41,670 bases of DNA from a virus, in the IMG/VR virus record IMGVR_UViG_3300045988_034731, one strand, 5' to 3'. The translations under genes were made by a program, and so were the position numbers. Positions 13,532 to 21,848 of the stretch are shown piece by piece. How positions within the stretch are numbered: the stretch's first letter is position 1; each line of letters begins with the position of its first letter. Below the pieces are notes generated by a model that ran no database searches, was not told the origin of the DNA, and saw only the letters and a program-made list of their open reading frames with translations.

Positions 13532-14425
13532 ATGACAGCACCGAAGGTGTGTGAGAACTGCGGGGCGGCCCTGGACGCCGGGGAGATCTGCGATTGCCGG
13601 GAGACGGCCCAGGACAGCGGATTGATCCGGCTGGTCCAGCTCCCTGTCATTGAGGAGCGGCTGCGGGACCTGAAGGAGGCCACGGAGCGGCGCACGGGCC
13701 AGGCCATGAGCATGGTATGCGCTCCGGAGACCCTGGCGGCGGTGAAGACCGTCCGGGCGGAGCTGAACCAGGAATTTGCGGAGATGGAGGCCCAGCGGAA
13801 GGCGGTGAAGGCCGCCATCATGGAGCCCTATGACCGCTTTGAGGCGGTTTACCGGGACTGCGTGGCGGTCCCCTTCCGCCAGGCGGACGCCGACCTGAAG
13901 GGGAAGATCGAGGCCACGGAGCGAGAGATCAAGGAACACTGTGAGGAGTATCTGCGGCACTACTTTGGGGAGCTCTGCGCCGCCCACGGGGTCGATTTCC
14001 TGAGCTATGAGCAGACCGGCGTGAAGGTGGACATGGCCTCGGCCCGTGCCAAGACCCCCAAGAAGCTCATGGAGCAGCTGCGGATGATGGTGGAGGGCTG
14101 CGCCCAGGCGATGGCCACCATCGACGGCATGGAGCATGGGGACGAGATCGCCGTGGAGTACAAGAAGTGCCTGGACCTGACCTTCGCCATTCAGCTGGTG
14201 ACCAAGCGGCACCAGCTGTTGGAGGCGGAGCGGCAGCGGAAGGCGGAAGCGGCGGAGGCCTGTGTCCGGCCCGTCCAGGAGACCCCGGAGGTAACGCCGG
14301 TCCCCAAGCGGGTGGAGAAGGCGGCTGTTGAGACCCTGACCTGCACCTTCACCGTGACGGCCACCCGGGAGCGGCTGAAGCTCCTGAAGAGTTTCCTGGA
14401 CAGCAACGGCTACAACTACAACTGA
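13532..14425 (+). CDS. DUF1351-like protein (RecT-associated) with an N-terminal zinc ribbon
   Basis: ATG 13532 after taaggagg. CENCGAALDAGEICDC, then a long helical region. Position immediately upstream of recT is as in many Firmicutes phages. Confidence 0.7.
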   Translation: MTAPKVCENCGAALDAGEICDCRETAQDSGLIRLVQLPVIEERLRDLKEATERRTGQAMSMVCAPETLAAVKTVRAELNQEFAEMEAQRKAVKAAIMEPYDRFEAVYRDCVAVPFRQADADLKGKIEATEREIKEHCEEYLRHYFGELCAAHGVDFLSYEQTGVKVDMASARAKTPKKLMEQLRMMVEGCAQAMATIDGMEHGDEIAVEYKKCLDLTFAIQLVTKRHQLLEAERQRKAEAAEACVRPVQETPEVTPVPKRVEKAAVETLTCTFTVTATRERLKLLKSFLDSNGYNYN

Positions 14426-14439
14426 GGAGGAGAACTGCC

Positions 14440-15315
14440 ATGAACGAGATGCAGAACTATGCCCCCAACGAGGGGATGGTCCCGAAGACGGTGAGTGCGG
14501 AGATGATGATCTCCCGGCAGGCCCAGGAGGTCCAGGCGGCGATGGTGGTGGCAAAGCGCTTCCCTCGGAACGAGGTGGAGAGCCACAACCGCATCCTCAA
14601 CGCCTGCAAGCGCAGGAGCCTGGCGGAGCGGGCGGTCTATGAGTATCCCCGTGGCGGGGAGAACGTCACCGGCCCCTCTATCCGCCTGGCGGAGGTCATG
14701 GCCCAGAACTGGGGCAACCTGGACTTCGGCATCACGGAACTGGAGCAGAAGGGCAACCGCTCCACAGTGATGGCCTACTGCTGGGACCTGGAGACCAATG
14801 TCCGGCAGACCAAGATTTTTGAAGTCCCCCACGTCCGGCAGACCAAGAATGGCACCAAGGCCCTGACGGACCCTCGGGACATCTACGAGATGGTGGCAAA
14901 CCAGGGCGCTCGGCGGCTGCGTGCCTGCATTCTGGGGATCATCCCCGGGGACGTGGTGGATGCCGCTGTTGACGCCTGCTCAAAGACGCTGCTGAGCGGC
15001 GGGGAGCCTCTGATCGACCGGATCCGCAAGATGGCGCAGGCGTTCCAGGAGGACTTCGGCGTGCCGCTGGAGTGCCTGGAAAAGTACATCGGCTGCAAGG
15101 CGGAGGCCTTCACCAGCCAGAGCATCGTGAAGCTGCGGGGGGTCTATACGGCCCTGAAGGATGGCCGGGCGGACCGGGAGCAGTATTTTGACCTGCCCAC
15201 TGTGGACGAGAAGACCGGCGAAGTGATGGAAGGGACCCCCGCTGAAACGGTCGGCACGCCGGATGACGGCAGGACCGACAGCGCTCCGAAGCGGGTGAGC
15301 CTGAGTGACCTGTAA
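14440..15315 (+). CDS. recT: RecT-family single-strand annealing protein
   Basis: GPSIRLAEVMAQNWGNLDFG...STVMAYCWDLETN...ARRLRACILGIIPGDVVD are characteristic RecT blocks. Confidence 0.9.
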   Translation: MNEMQNYAPNEGMVPKTVSAEMMISRQAQEVQAAMVVAKRFPRNEVESHNRILNACKRRSLAERAVYEYPRGGENVTGPSIRLAEVMAQNWGNLDFGITELEQKGNRSTVMAYCWDLETNVRQTKIFEVPHVRQTKNGTKALTDPRDIYEMVANQGARRLRACILGIIPGDVVDAAVDACSKTLLSGGEPLIDRIRKMAQAFQEDFGVPLECLEKYIGCKAEAFTSQSIVKLRGVYTALKDGRADREQYFDLPTVDEKTGEVMEGTPAETVGTPDDGRTDSAPKRVSLSDL

Positions 15316-15973
15316 TGTAATCGCAACTGGGTCTCAGGGCAACGCCGTGGTTCTGGATGGGACCATCCTTCTGGACTGCGGCGTGCCCTTCGGGGCGCTG
15401 GAGGAGGTCTGTCAGGACCTCTCCCTGGTGGTCCTGACCCACATCCACGGGGACCACTTCTGCCCGGAGACCATCAAGCGCCTGGCTTTTCTTCGGCCTG
15501 CGCTGCGCTTCCTCTGCCCGCCCTGGCTGCACCAACCATTGAGTTCCCTGGGCATCTATGAGCGGGTGATCGACGTGGCAAGCACGGCCTACCGGCTCTC
15601 CTACGGACGGCTGGGCGGGACCTGGCGCAATATTCAATTCGAGATGCAGCCCATTCCCCACGATGTCCCCAACTGCGCCTGGCATATCTTTGCGGATCGG
15701 GGCGGCCAGCGGGAGGCGGTCTTCTATGCTACGGACTGCGGCTCCCTGGATGGTGTGGAGGCCAGGGACTACGACCTCTACCTCATCGAGGCCAACTACG
15801 GCGAGGAGGAGATCCAGGAGCGGATGGCCCGGAAGCTGGCGGCAGGCGGGTATGCCTACGAGAGCCGCTGCATGGAGAGCCACCTGAGCCGGGAGCAGGC
15901 GGAAGCCTGGCTTGCCGCCAACGCCAAAGAGGGATGGAGTAAGGTGCTGTTTCTGCATCAGCACAGAGAGTGA
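15305..15973 (+). CDS. Metallo-beta-lactamase-fold hydrolase (probable recombination exonuclease partner)
   Basis: GTG start overlapping the recT end. LTHIHGDHF is the HxHxDH motif. Confidence 0.8.
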   Translation: MTCNVIATGSQGNAVVLDGTILLDCGVPFGALEEVCQDLSLVVLTHIHGDHFCPETIKRLAFLRPALRFLCPPWLHQPLSSLGIYERVIDVASTAYRLSYGRLGGTWRNIQFEMQPIPHDVPNCAWHIFADRGGQREAVFYATDCGSLDGVEARDYDLYLIEANYGEEEIQERMARKLAAGGYAYESRCMESHLSREQAEAWLAANAKEGWSKVLFLHQHRE

Positions 15974-15981
15974 GGCGAGAT

Positions 15982-16668
15982 ATGGAGCGAGGGCAATTTA
16001 CCTTCTACGCTTCCTTTGCCAAAGCGGCGGAGCGCATCCGGAAGAAGACGGACCGCTGCGACTTCTATGATGCCGTGAAGGACTACGCCATTTACGGGAA
16101 GGATCCGGAATGGGAGGCCCTTTCCGATACGGTAGCGGTGGCCTTCGAGTTGGTCCGGCCTACTCTGGACGCAAGCAAACGGAAAGCGGAGAACGGCAAA
16201 CGGGGAGGAGCCGCAAGCAAGCCGGAAGCAACCGGAAGCAAATCGAAGCAAAGTGAAAGCAAACCGGAAGCAAAGAAAAGCAAACCGAAGCAACCCGCAA
16301 GCGAGAAAGAGGGGGAGAAAGAGAATGAGAAAGAGGACGAATGTCCTCTCCCCCTTACCCCCCAGGGGGTAGCGGATTTTTCTCCAGCCCTTCAGGCGGC
16401 TGTAGATTCTTGGCTCCGGTATAAAACCGAGAAACGGCAGGGGTACAAGCCGGAAGGGCTGAAAAAGCTAATTGGGCAGATTCGGAACAACGCCAAGGTC
16501 TATGGCGAGGACGCTGTCATATCGCTCATCGACGACTGTATGGCGTCAAACTGGCAGGGGATTATTTTTGAGCAATTGAAGCGGCAACAGAACCGACCTG
16601 GCGGCCAGCGGGGGCAGGAGCGGAAGAGCTGGACGGACATCTGCGAGGAAATGGAGGGTGCCACATGA
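15982..16668 (+). CDS. Replisome organiser / DnaD-like replication initiation protein
   Basis: N-terminal QFTFYASFAKAAERI...FYDAVKDYAIYG, a K/S/E/P-rich linker, then C-terminal WLRYKTEKRQGYKPEGLKKLIGQI. Followed by a helicase loader. Confidence 0.65.
   Translation: MERGQFTFYASFAKAAERIRKKTDRCDFYDAVKDYAIYGKDPEWEALSDTVAVAFELVRPTLDASKRKAENGKRGGAASKPEATGSKSKQSESKPEAKKSKPKQPASEKEGEKENEKEDECPLPLTPQGVADFSPALQAAVDSWLRYKTEKRQGYKPEGLKKLIGQIRNNAKVYGEDAVISLIDDCMASNWQGIIFEQLKRQQNRPGGQRGQERKSWTDICEEMEGAT
16215..16293 (+). repeat. Eight phased AAGCAA iterons (spacing 10-11 bp): candidate origin of replication
   Basis: AAGCAA starts at 16215, 16226, 16236, 16246, 16257, 16268, 16278 and 16288. This falls within the low-complexity linker of the organiser gene. 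Confidence 0.75.
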
Positions 16669-17225
16669 CGGTGCAGGAGACTTCGATGGTGATGAACGTG
16701 CTGAACGCCGCCTATCCTGGCTTCTACGCCAAGTCCAGCGATGCGGAGCGCAAGCAGATCTTGAGCCTCTGGGCCGAGATGTTCCGGGAGGATGACGTTG
16801 CCCTGGTGGCTGCCGCCGTCAAGGCGCTCATCGTGGCGGAGGCGTCCAGCTTTCCGCCGACCATCGGGCAAGTCAAGGCCCGGCTGCGGCAAATCACCAC
16901 GCCCCAGGAGATGACCGAGGGCGAGGCGTGGGCCCTGGTGGCCGCCGCCATCCGCAACAGCGCCTATGATAGCCGCCGGGAGTTTGAGCGGCTGCCGGAG
17001 GCCGTGCGGCGCTTTGTGGGATCTCCCTCCCAGCTGCGGGAATGGGCCATGATGGACAGCGACACGGTACATAGCGTGGTGGCCTCCAACTTCCAGCGGA
17101 ATTTCCGGGTGCGGCAGAAGGCCGACCGGGAGATGACCGCTCTCCCGGCAGATGTCCGGGCCATGATTGGCGGTGCCGCATCAGCACTGCGGTTGGATGG
17201 CTCGAAGGAGGAGCTGGATGGTTGA
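16665..17225 (+). CDS. Replicative helicase loader/inhibitor (SPP1 G39P-like)
   Basis: MVMNVLNAAYPGFYAKSSDAERKQILSLWAEMFREDDVALVAAAVKALI...SSFPPTIGQV matches the pattern of this family, from memory. Confidence 0.65.
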   Translation: MTVQETSMVMNVLNAAYPGFYAKSSDAERKQILSLWAEMFREDDVALVAAAVKALIVAEASSFPPTIGQVKARLRQITTPQEMTEGEAWALVAAAIRNSAYDSRREFERLPEAVRRFVGSPSQLREWAMMDSDTVHSVVASNFQRNFRVRQKADREMTALPADVRAMIGGAASALRLDGSKEELDG

Positions 17226-17358
17226 CCATGTGCGTGTGGTGGTAGACGTCTACGGGGTAGACGACTACATGGCGACAAAGGAATCCGTAGCTATGATGCT
17301 GGAACCGCTTGGGAATGTCCGGGTGGTACAGGTGATTGCGGACGGGAAAACGAGTTAG
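17218..17358 (+). CDS. Small hypothetical protein (46 aa)
   Basis: ATG 17218 after gaaggaggag. Overlaps the upstream stop. Confidence 0.45.
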   Translation: MVDHVRVVVDVYGVDDYMATKESVAMMLEPLGNVRVVQVIADGKTS

Positions 17359-17367
17359 GAGGACACA

Positions 17368-17670
17368 ATGACCAGAGAAGAAATTTTAGCGGCCGCCCAG
17401 AAGTGCGTCTGCGGCGACCGGGAGCAGGACTACGGCAACCCGGAACGGTCTTTCGGGGTCATCGGGCAGTTTTGGGAGACTTACCTGCGAGAGAAGTGCC
17501 TGGTACGGCGCAGCGGGCCTGTGGAGGCACAGGTCCTCCCGGAGGACGTGGCGGCGATGATGTGCCTTTTCAAGATTGCCCGTATCGCCACGGGGCACGG
17601 CAAGGCGGACAACTGGATTGACTTGGCCGGGTACGCAGCCTGCGGCGGGGAGCTGGAGGCGAAAGGATGA
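17368..17670 (+). CDS. DUF6378-like phage protein
   Basis: RBS taggagg. GDREQDYGNPERSFGVIGQFWETYL...DVAAMMCLFKIARIATGHGKADNWIDLAGYAA. Confidence 0.6.
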   Translation: MTREEILAAAQKCVCGDREQDYGNPERSFGVIGQFWETYLREKCLVRRSGPVEAQVLPEDVAAMMCLFKIARIATGHGKADNWIDLAGYAACGGELEAKG

Positions 17671-18026
17671 AGCAGTCCGCATACCTCATCCAGCAGCGGG
17701 AGACCCGGCGGAGGCTGGTTCAGGCGGCGGAGCGGGTGACCCAGCAGCTCATGCTGGACACCCTGCAGGTGACGCTCCACCAGGAGTTCGGCTTCGGCTA
17801 CGACCGGATCAAGCGGCTGACGGATGCCTGGAGCAAGACCTACAACCAGTTCCACGACGCTCTGGACGGCGGGACGGAAGCCGACTACTGGCAGGAGAAA
17901 TTGGACCGGCTCTTAATGGACCTGCTGCGGGACCACCAGGCGCTCATTCCCTTCGGGGAGCGCTATCCGGAGATCCGGGAGATCACATACGGCCCCAGGC
18001 GGGCCGGAAAGGAGGGGAAGGCATGA
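17667..18026 (+). CDS. Hypothetical early protein
   Basis: ATGA overlap with the upstream gene. Coherent helical sequence in a co-directional gene string. Confidence 0.6.
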   Translation: MKQSAYLIQQRETRRRLVQAAERVTQQLMLDTLQVTLHQEFGFGYDRIKRLTDAWSKTYNQFHDALDGGTEADYWQEKLDRLLMDLLRDHQALIPFGERYPEIREITYGPRRAGKEGKA

Positions 18027-18430
18027 GTGCCAGAAGGCCCTATGTGGAGAAGCGGCTTACCCTCTTCCGTACCTGCGGCACCTGTGGGAGATCTATCGTG
18101 ACCACGGCGGACACGCCCTGGGTGCGGCAGGTGCCCCGGGATGGGAAGAAGATGGCCACGACCTACTACTGCTCCGAGGGCTGCTATGCTGCCAGTTACA
18201 AGCATATCGGCTGGTTTGACGGGAAAGCGGAGGAGCGCCGCCGCCTGAAAGACCGGAACCGGGATCCGGAGAAGGAACGGGAGCGCGGGCGGCGTTACTA
18301 CGCCGCCCACCGGGAGGATCGGGTGGAAGCTGCCAGGCAGCGCCGCCTTGCGAACCCCGGACTTGCCGAGGCCGACAACGCCTACTACCGGCGGAAACGG
18401 AAGCTGATGGCGGAGGGGGTGCAGGTATGA
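18023..18430 (+). CDS. Zinc-ribbon protein with an Arg-rich C-terminal region
   Basis: ATG 18023 after ggaggggaag. CGTCGRS...YYCSEGC, then an RRRLKDRNRDPEKERERGRRYY tail. Confidence 0.6.
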   Translation: MSARRPYVEKRLTLFRTCGTCGRSIVTTADTPWVRQVPRDGKKMATTYYCSEGCYAASYKHIGWFDGKAEERRRLKDRNRDPEKERERGRRYYAAHREDRVEAARQRRLANPGLAEADNAYYRRKRKLMAEGVQV

Positions 18431-18729
18431 GAGGGGAATACATCCGCAGAGCGGACGCTATGGGGAAGATCACCTCCTCCGAGACGCAGAAGGCGCTGCG
18501 GGCTATGACCGGTGAGGAGGCGTATGTGGCCGTCGTTGGTATCCTGAATGAGCTTCCGGCGGCAGACGTACTGCCGGTGGTGCATGGGCGGTGGGTAACG
18601 CACTATCGAAGCGGAACGCCTGTTGCGAGGGGGTATGTATCAACGTGCTGCGATATGTGGAACAACCGCAAGAGCGATTACTGCCCCAACTGCGGGGCCA
18701 AGATGGACGGGGGTAACGAAAATGTATAA
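18427..18729 (+). CDS. Hypothetical protein with a C-terminal zinc-ribbon (paralog 1)
   Basis: PVVHGRWV...DYCPNCGAKMDG. Confidence 0.6.
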   Translation: MRGEYIRRADAMGKITSSETQKALRAMTGEEAYVAVVGILNELPAADVLPVVHGRWVTHYRSGTPVARGYVSTCCDMWNNRKSDYCPNCGAKMDGGNENV

Positions 18730-19003
18730 ACCGTTAGCCGACAGCACTCTACTTAGGATGCCCAAAAAGGAGATTATCGAACTACTCCGCACCGCAGAAC
18801 ATAACGCAAAGGTATCTCAGGAATGGGTGAACCAGCAAGCGGAGAACCTCAAGGACTGGGAACCGGTGGTGCATGGGCGGTGGATTCCGTTTCACAGCGA
18901 GATTGCGGGAGATATTCAGTACTGCTCCGTCTGCGAGATAGGGTCTGCAGCCAAAACAGACTACTGCTCCAACTGCGGGGCCCGGATGGACGGTGCCACA
19001 TGA
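18722..19003 (+). CDS. Hypothetical protein with a C-terminal zinc-ribbon (paralog 2)
   Basis: PVVHGRWI...DYCSNCGARMDG. Shares an exact 21-nt DNA block, ccggtggtgcatgggcggtgg, with paralog 1. Confidence 0.6.
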   Translation: MYKPLADSTLLRMPKKEIIELLRTAEHNAKVSQEWVNQQAENLKDWEPVVHGRWIPFHSEIAGDIQYCSVCEIGSAAKTDYCSNCGARMDGAT

Positions 19004-19055
19004 TGGATACTTACATCTATTGCAACCATGGCAAGCAAAAGGACGGTGACGGCTG

Positions 19056-19514
19056 ATGTCGCTGACATCAGCAGACCTGGCCAGGATGGGGCCAAAGGCG
19101 CAGCGGCAAGTGCTGCAAAAGCTGGGAGCGCAGCAGAGGCCCAGGGAGAAAAGGACAAACAAGTACCACGCCAAGCCGACAGACATATGGATGCCGGATG
19201 GCACGGTAAGGAATTTTGCCAGCGAGAAGGAGGCGGCAAGGTTCCGGGAGCTGGATTTGCTGCAACGAGCGGGCCAGATTACGGGCTTGCGCTGCCAGGT
19301 GCCGTTTGAGCTGATCCCCCGGCAAAAAAGAGCCGATGGAAAATGGGAAAATCCCTGTACCTACATTGCCGATTTCGTGTACCGGGACGGCTGCAAAGTG
19401 GTGGTGGAGGACGTAAAGGGCTACGATGATTCCAAGAGCGCCGCTTACAGGCTGTTTGTTATCAAGCGGAAGCTGATGCTGATGGTGCATGGGATTACAA
19501 TCAAAGAAATTTAG
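19056..19514 (+). CDS. DUF1064-like protein (putative Holliday-junction resolvase-type nuclease)
   Basis: NKYHAKPT...DGTVRNFASEKEAARFRELDLLQRAGQITGLRCQVPFEL...YIADFVY....VVEDVKG matches the DUF1064 pattern. Confidence 0.7.
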   Translation: MSLTSADLARMGPKAQRQVLQKLGAQQRPREKRTNKYHAKPTDIWMPDGTVRNFASEKEAARFRELDLLQRAGQITGLRCQVPFELIPRQKRADGKWENPCTYIADFVYRDGCKVVVEDVKGYDDSKSAAYRLFVIKRKLMLMVHGITIKEI

Positions 19515-19526
19515 GAGGAACAAAAA

Positions 19527-19823
19527 ATGGAAGCGAAAAACAATCAGATGTACGTTGTGCGGTGCGCACAGGCAGGCGTTTTCTTCGGGCAAATCAAAGA
19601 GCGCAATGGCGACGAAGTGACGATGACCAACGTGCGGAAGCTGTGGTACTGGGATGGGGCCTGCGCCGTAGAGCAGCTGGCGGTAGATGGGACGAAGAAA
19701 CCTGACGACTGCAAATTTACCGTCATGGTGTCCGAAATGGTCCTTACGGGTGTGATCCAGATTTTGGCCTGCACGGATAAGGCGGCAGAATCTTTGGCCG
19801 CTGTGAGGGAGTGGAAAAGATGA
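19527..19823 (+). CDS. Hypothetical early protein
   Basis: RBS taggagg. [15 protein letters not shown]...[17 protein letters not shown]. Confidence 0.6.
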   Translation: MEAKNNQMYVVRCAQAGVFFGQIKERNGDEVTMTNVRKLWYWDGACAVEQLAVDGTKKPDDCKFTVMVSEMVLTGVIQILACTDKAAESLAAVREWKR

Positions 19824-20440
19824 TGCTTGATGATAAGATCAAGGCATTTCTTTCTGTGAGCTTGGGCTGGGGCTCGGGCTGGGGCTCGGGCTCGGGCGAT
19901 GACTCGGGCTCGGGCTGGGGCTGGGGCTCGGGCTGGGGCTCGGGCTTGGGTTCGGGCTCGGGCTGGGGCTCGGGCGTTACTCAGGTCGATGGCAAAAACG
20001 TCTATCAAATTGATGGAACGCCCACGCTGATCTACTCCATCCGCGGGAACGTCGCTCACGGGGCAATCCTCAATGGCGATTTAACACTTACTCCGTGCTA
20101 CGTGGTAAAGCAGGATAATCTTTTCGCCCACGGGGAAACGCTTCGGGAAGCAATGGAAGCCCTGCGAGATAAGCTCTTTGAGGATATGCCGGAAGAGGAA
20201 AGAATCGGCGCTTTTCTGGCCGAAACCGAGTGCGGCAAGAAATATCCCAACCAGCATTTTTATGATTGGCATCATCGCCTCACAGGGAGCTGCGACATGG
20301 GGCGGAAAGCGTTTGCCAAAGATCACGGGATCGACGTGGAGAACGGAACCATGACGCTGGAGGAATTTTTGGAGCTCACTGAAAATTCCTATGGCGGCGA
20401 TGTTATCCGGCACGTTAAGGAAAGGCTGGCGAAAAAGTGA
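19820..20440 (+). CDS. Protein with an N-terminal (G-S-G-W)n repeat and a conserved-looking C-terminal domain
   Basis: ATG 19820 (ATGA overlap, RBS gagggag). [38 protein letters not shown], then [26 protein letters not shown]... Confidence 0.7.
   Translation: MMLDDKIKAFLSVSLGWGSGWGSGSGDDSGSGWGWGSGWGSGLGSGSGWGSGVTQVDGKNVYQIDGTPTLIYSIRGNVAHGAILNGDLTLTPCYVVKQDNLFAHGETLREAMEALRDKLFEDMPEEERIGAFLAETECGKKYPNQHFYDWHHRLTGSCDMGRKAFAKDHGIDVENGTMTLEEFLELTENSYGGDVIRHVKERLAKK
19864..19975 (+). repeat. Tandem 6/12-nt coding repeat (ggctcg/ggctgg)n
   Basis: About 112 nt built from gggctggggctcgggc units. It encodes the GSGW repeat. Confidence 0.85.
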
Positions 20441-21030
20441 AACGAAATGTTTGGGAGATAACGTACATCGTATGGATAGTTTTTATGGTGGGCTTGCTGC
20501 TTTTTTGGCCCGCCAGAGCTGCCGAAGACACGGAATGCACGGGAAATCACACGGAAGAGGCGGAGGAACGCACGGAGTGCGTGATCGAGGAGCTGGAAGA
20601 GGATCCCGAGAACGAGTACATCGAGGCGGCGCTTTACGCCTCCGGATACTTCTGGGAGGACGTGCCGCTTGACGGAGATACCCAGGCATTTCTTCGGGCG
20701 GCTTGCGAGGAGACCGGCATCCCCTATGAGCTGGCTCTGGCCGTAATCCGGCAGGAGACGGAGTTTCACAATGTCACGGGCGACGATGGGCGCAGCGTAG
20801 GCTATATGCAGGTGCAGCGGCGCTGGCACGAGGACCGGATGGCCCGCTTGGGTGTGACGGATCTCACGGACCCTTACGGCAATTTTCGGGTGGGCTGTGA
20901 CTACATGGCGGAGCTGCTGGGGAAATATCCGCTGGAAGAGGCGTTGACGGCCTACAACAGCGGGAAGCCCGGGAAGAGTGCCTATGCCTCCAATGTCCTG
21001 GCGCATATGGAGGCGTACTATGGCGATTAA
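20437..21030 (+). CDS. Membrane-anchored lytic transglycosylase (SLT domain)
   Basis: GTG start (GTGA overlap). TM is ITYIVWIVFMVGLLLFW. SLT motifs are AVIRQETEFHNV (catalytic Glu context), GYMQV and AYNSG. Confidence 0.8.
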   Translation: MKRNVWEITYIVWIVFMVGLLLFWPARAAEDTECTGNHTEEAEERTECVIEELEEDPENEYIEAALYASGYFWEDVPLDGDTQAFLRAACEETGIPYELALAVIRQETEFHNVTGDDGRSVGYMQVQRRWHEDRMARLGVTDLTDPYGNFRVGCDYMAELLGKYPLEEALTAYNSGKPGKSAYASNVLAHMEAYYGD

Positions 21031-21406
21031 ATGCAAAAGGTGTGTCCATCGCAGCGACAGGGGCTCTGTCAACGCATGTAATTATCAGCAGAACACGGGG
21101 CACTGCAAAATCGTGACAGTAGTCCGGGATGATGGCACGGAATACAAGACCGTCTCATCCGCGGAGGACTGCGCATTCTTTGAGCCTGGGCGTCGGCGGA
21201 AGCCTGATGTCGAAACATGGAGGCTGGCCCCAGCTGTTGCGAAGATCGACTATAGGCTGATCTACAAGCTGTATCTGCAAGGGCTCACAGATAGGGCGGT
21301 TGCGGAAAAGGTCGGATGCAATGACAACACCGTATGGGCATGGCGGAAGAAGAATAATCTGCCGGCCAACCGGTACAAGAAGGCGCACGGAGCATTATCT
21401 TCGTGA
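21020..21406 (+). CDS. Cys-rich N-terminus plus C-terminal HTH protein
   Basis: ATG 21020. CKRCVHRS...ACNYQQNTGHC. C-terminal LTDRAVAEKVGCNDNTVWAWRKKNNLP. Confidence 0.6.
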   Translation: MAIKCKRCVHRSDRGSVNACNYQQNTGHCKIVTVVRDDGTEYKTVSSAEDCAFFEPGRRRKPDVETWRLAPAVAKIDYRLIYKLYLQGLTDRAVAEKVGCNDNTVWAWRKKNNLPANRYKKAHGALSS

Positions 21407-21430
21407 CCTCACGAAAATGGTCTGCCTGCT

Positions 21431-21480
21431 GGGGGAGCGGGAGAGGAAGGGGGGTAGGGGGGATGGAGAGGGTGAGGGGG
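21431..21480 (+). other. Polypurine / G-tract element (six G3-6 runs in 50 nt)
   Basis: G runs at 21431-35, 21439-41, 21449-54, 21457-62, 21470-72 and 21476-80, on the sense strand of an intergenic gap. Confidence 0.7.
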
Positions 21481-21539
21481 CCTGTGGTGATGATGGGTAA
21501 TAGAGAAGCAGAAGGCTTAGGGAGGGGAGGCATGATGGA

Positions 21540-21848
21540 ATGAGCAAACCGCGATACCCGTGGTGGGGATATGTCAAAGCAATCATTCGGCAGTATAACG
21601 GGGGAAAGTTTACCCCAGTGTCCGCCTCCCAGATAGCGGAGTATCAGGCGGTCCGGGATGCGGTAGAGCAGACGGAAGCCATGAGCGGCGGCAAGGAGCG
21701 TATCTGGCTTGTGCGGATCGTGTTTTGGGAGCGGACGCATACCCTGGAGGGAGCGGCGCTGGAAGTGCATTGCTCAGAGCGTACCGCCCGCCGGTGGCAT
21801 ACGGATTTTATCCTTTTGGTTGCCAAAAAAAGAGGGCTTTTGGATTGA
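21540..21848 (+). CDS. Candidate late-gene transcriptional activator (sigma-70 region-4-like HTH, RinA/ArpU-type position)
   Basis: RBS ggaggggagg. TLEGAALEVHCSERTARRWHTDFILLVAKKRG is an HTH. It is the last protein gene before the packaging module. Confidence 0.6.
   Translation: MSKPRYPWWGYVKAIIRQYNGGKFTPVSASQIAEYQAVRDAVEQTEAMSGGKERIWLVRIVFWERTHTLEGAALEVHCSERTARRWHTDFILLVAKKRGLLD

Noticed and set aside
13121-14554. A 477-aa minus-strand ORF (and the similar 15110..15964, 25221..26144, 28665..29771 and 35411..36298)
   Set aside because: All are antisense to well-supported genes (DUF1351/RecT, MBL, portal/MuF, capsid, tail protein). They lack an RBS and have shadow-ORF composition.
19864-19975. 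Short tandem repeat array that superficially resembles a repeat/spacer array
   Set aside because: The units are 6-12 nt with no unique spacers, and the array lies in frame inside a CDS encoding GSGW repeats. It is not a CRISPR array.
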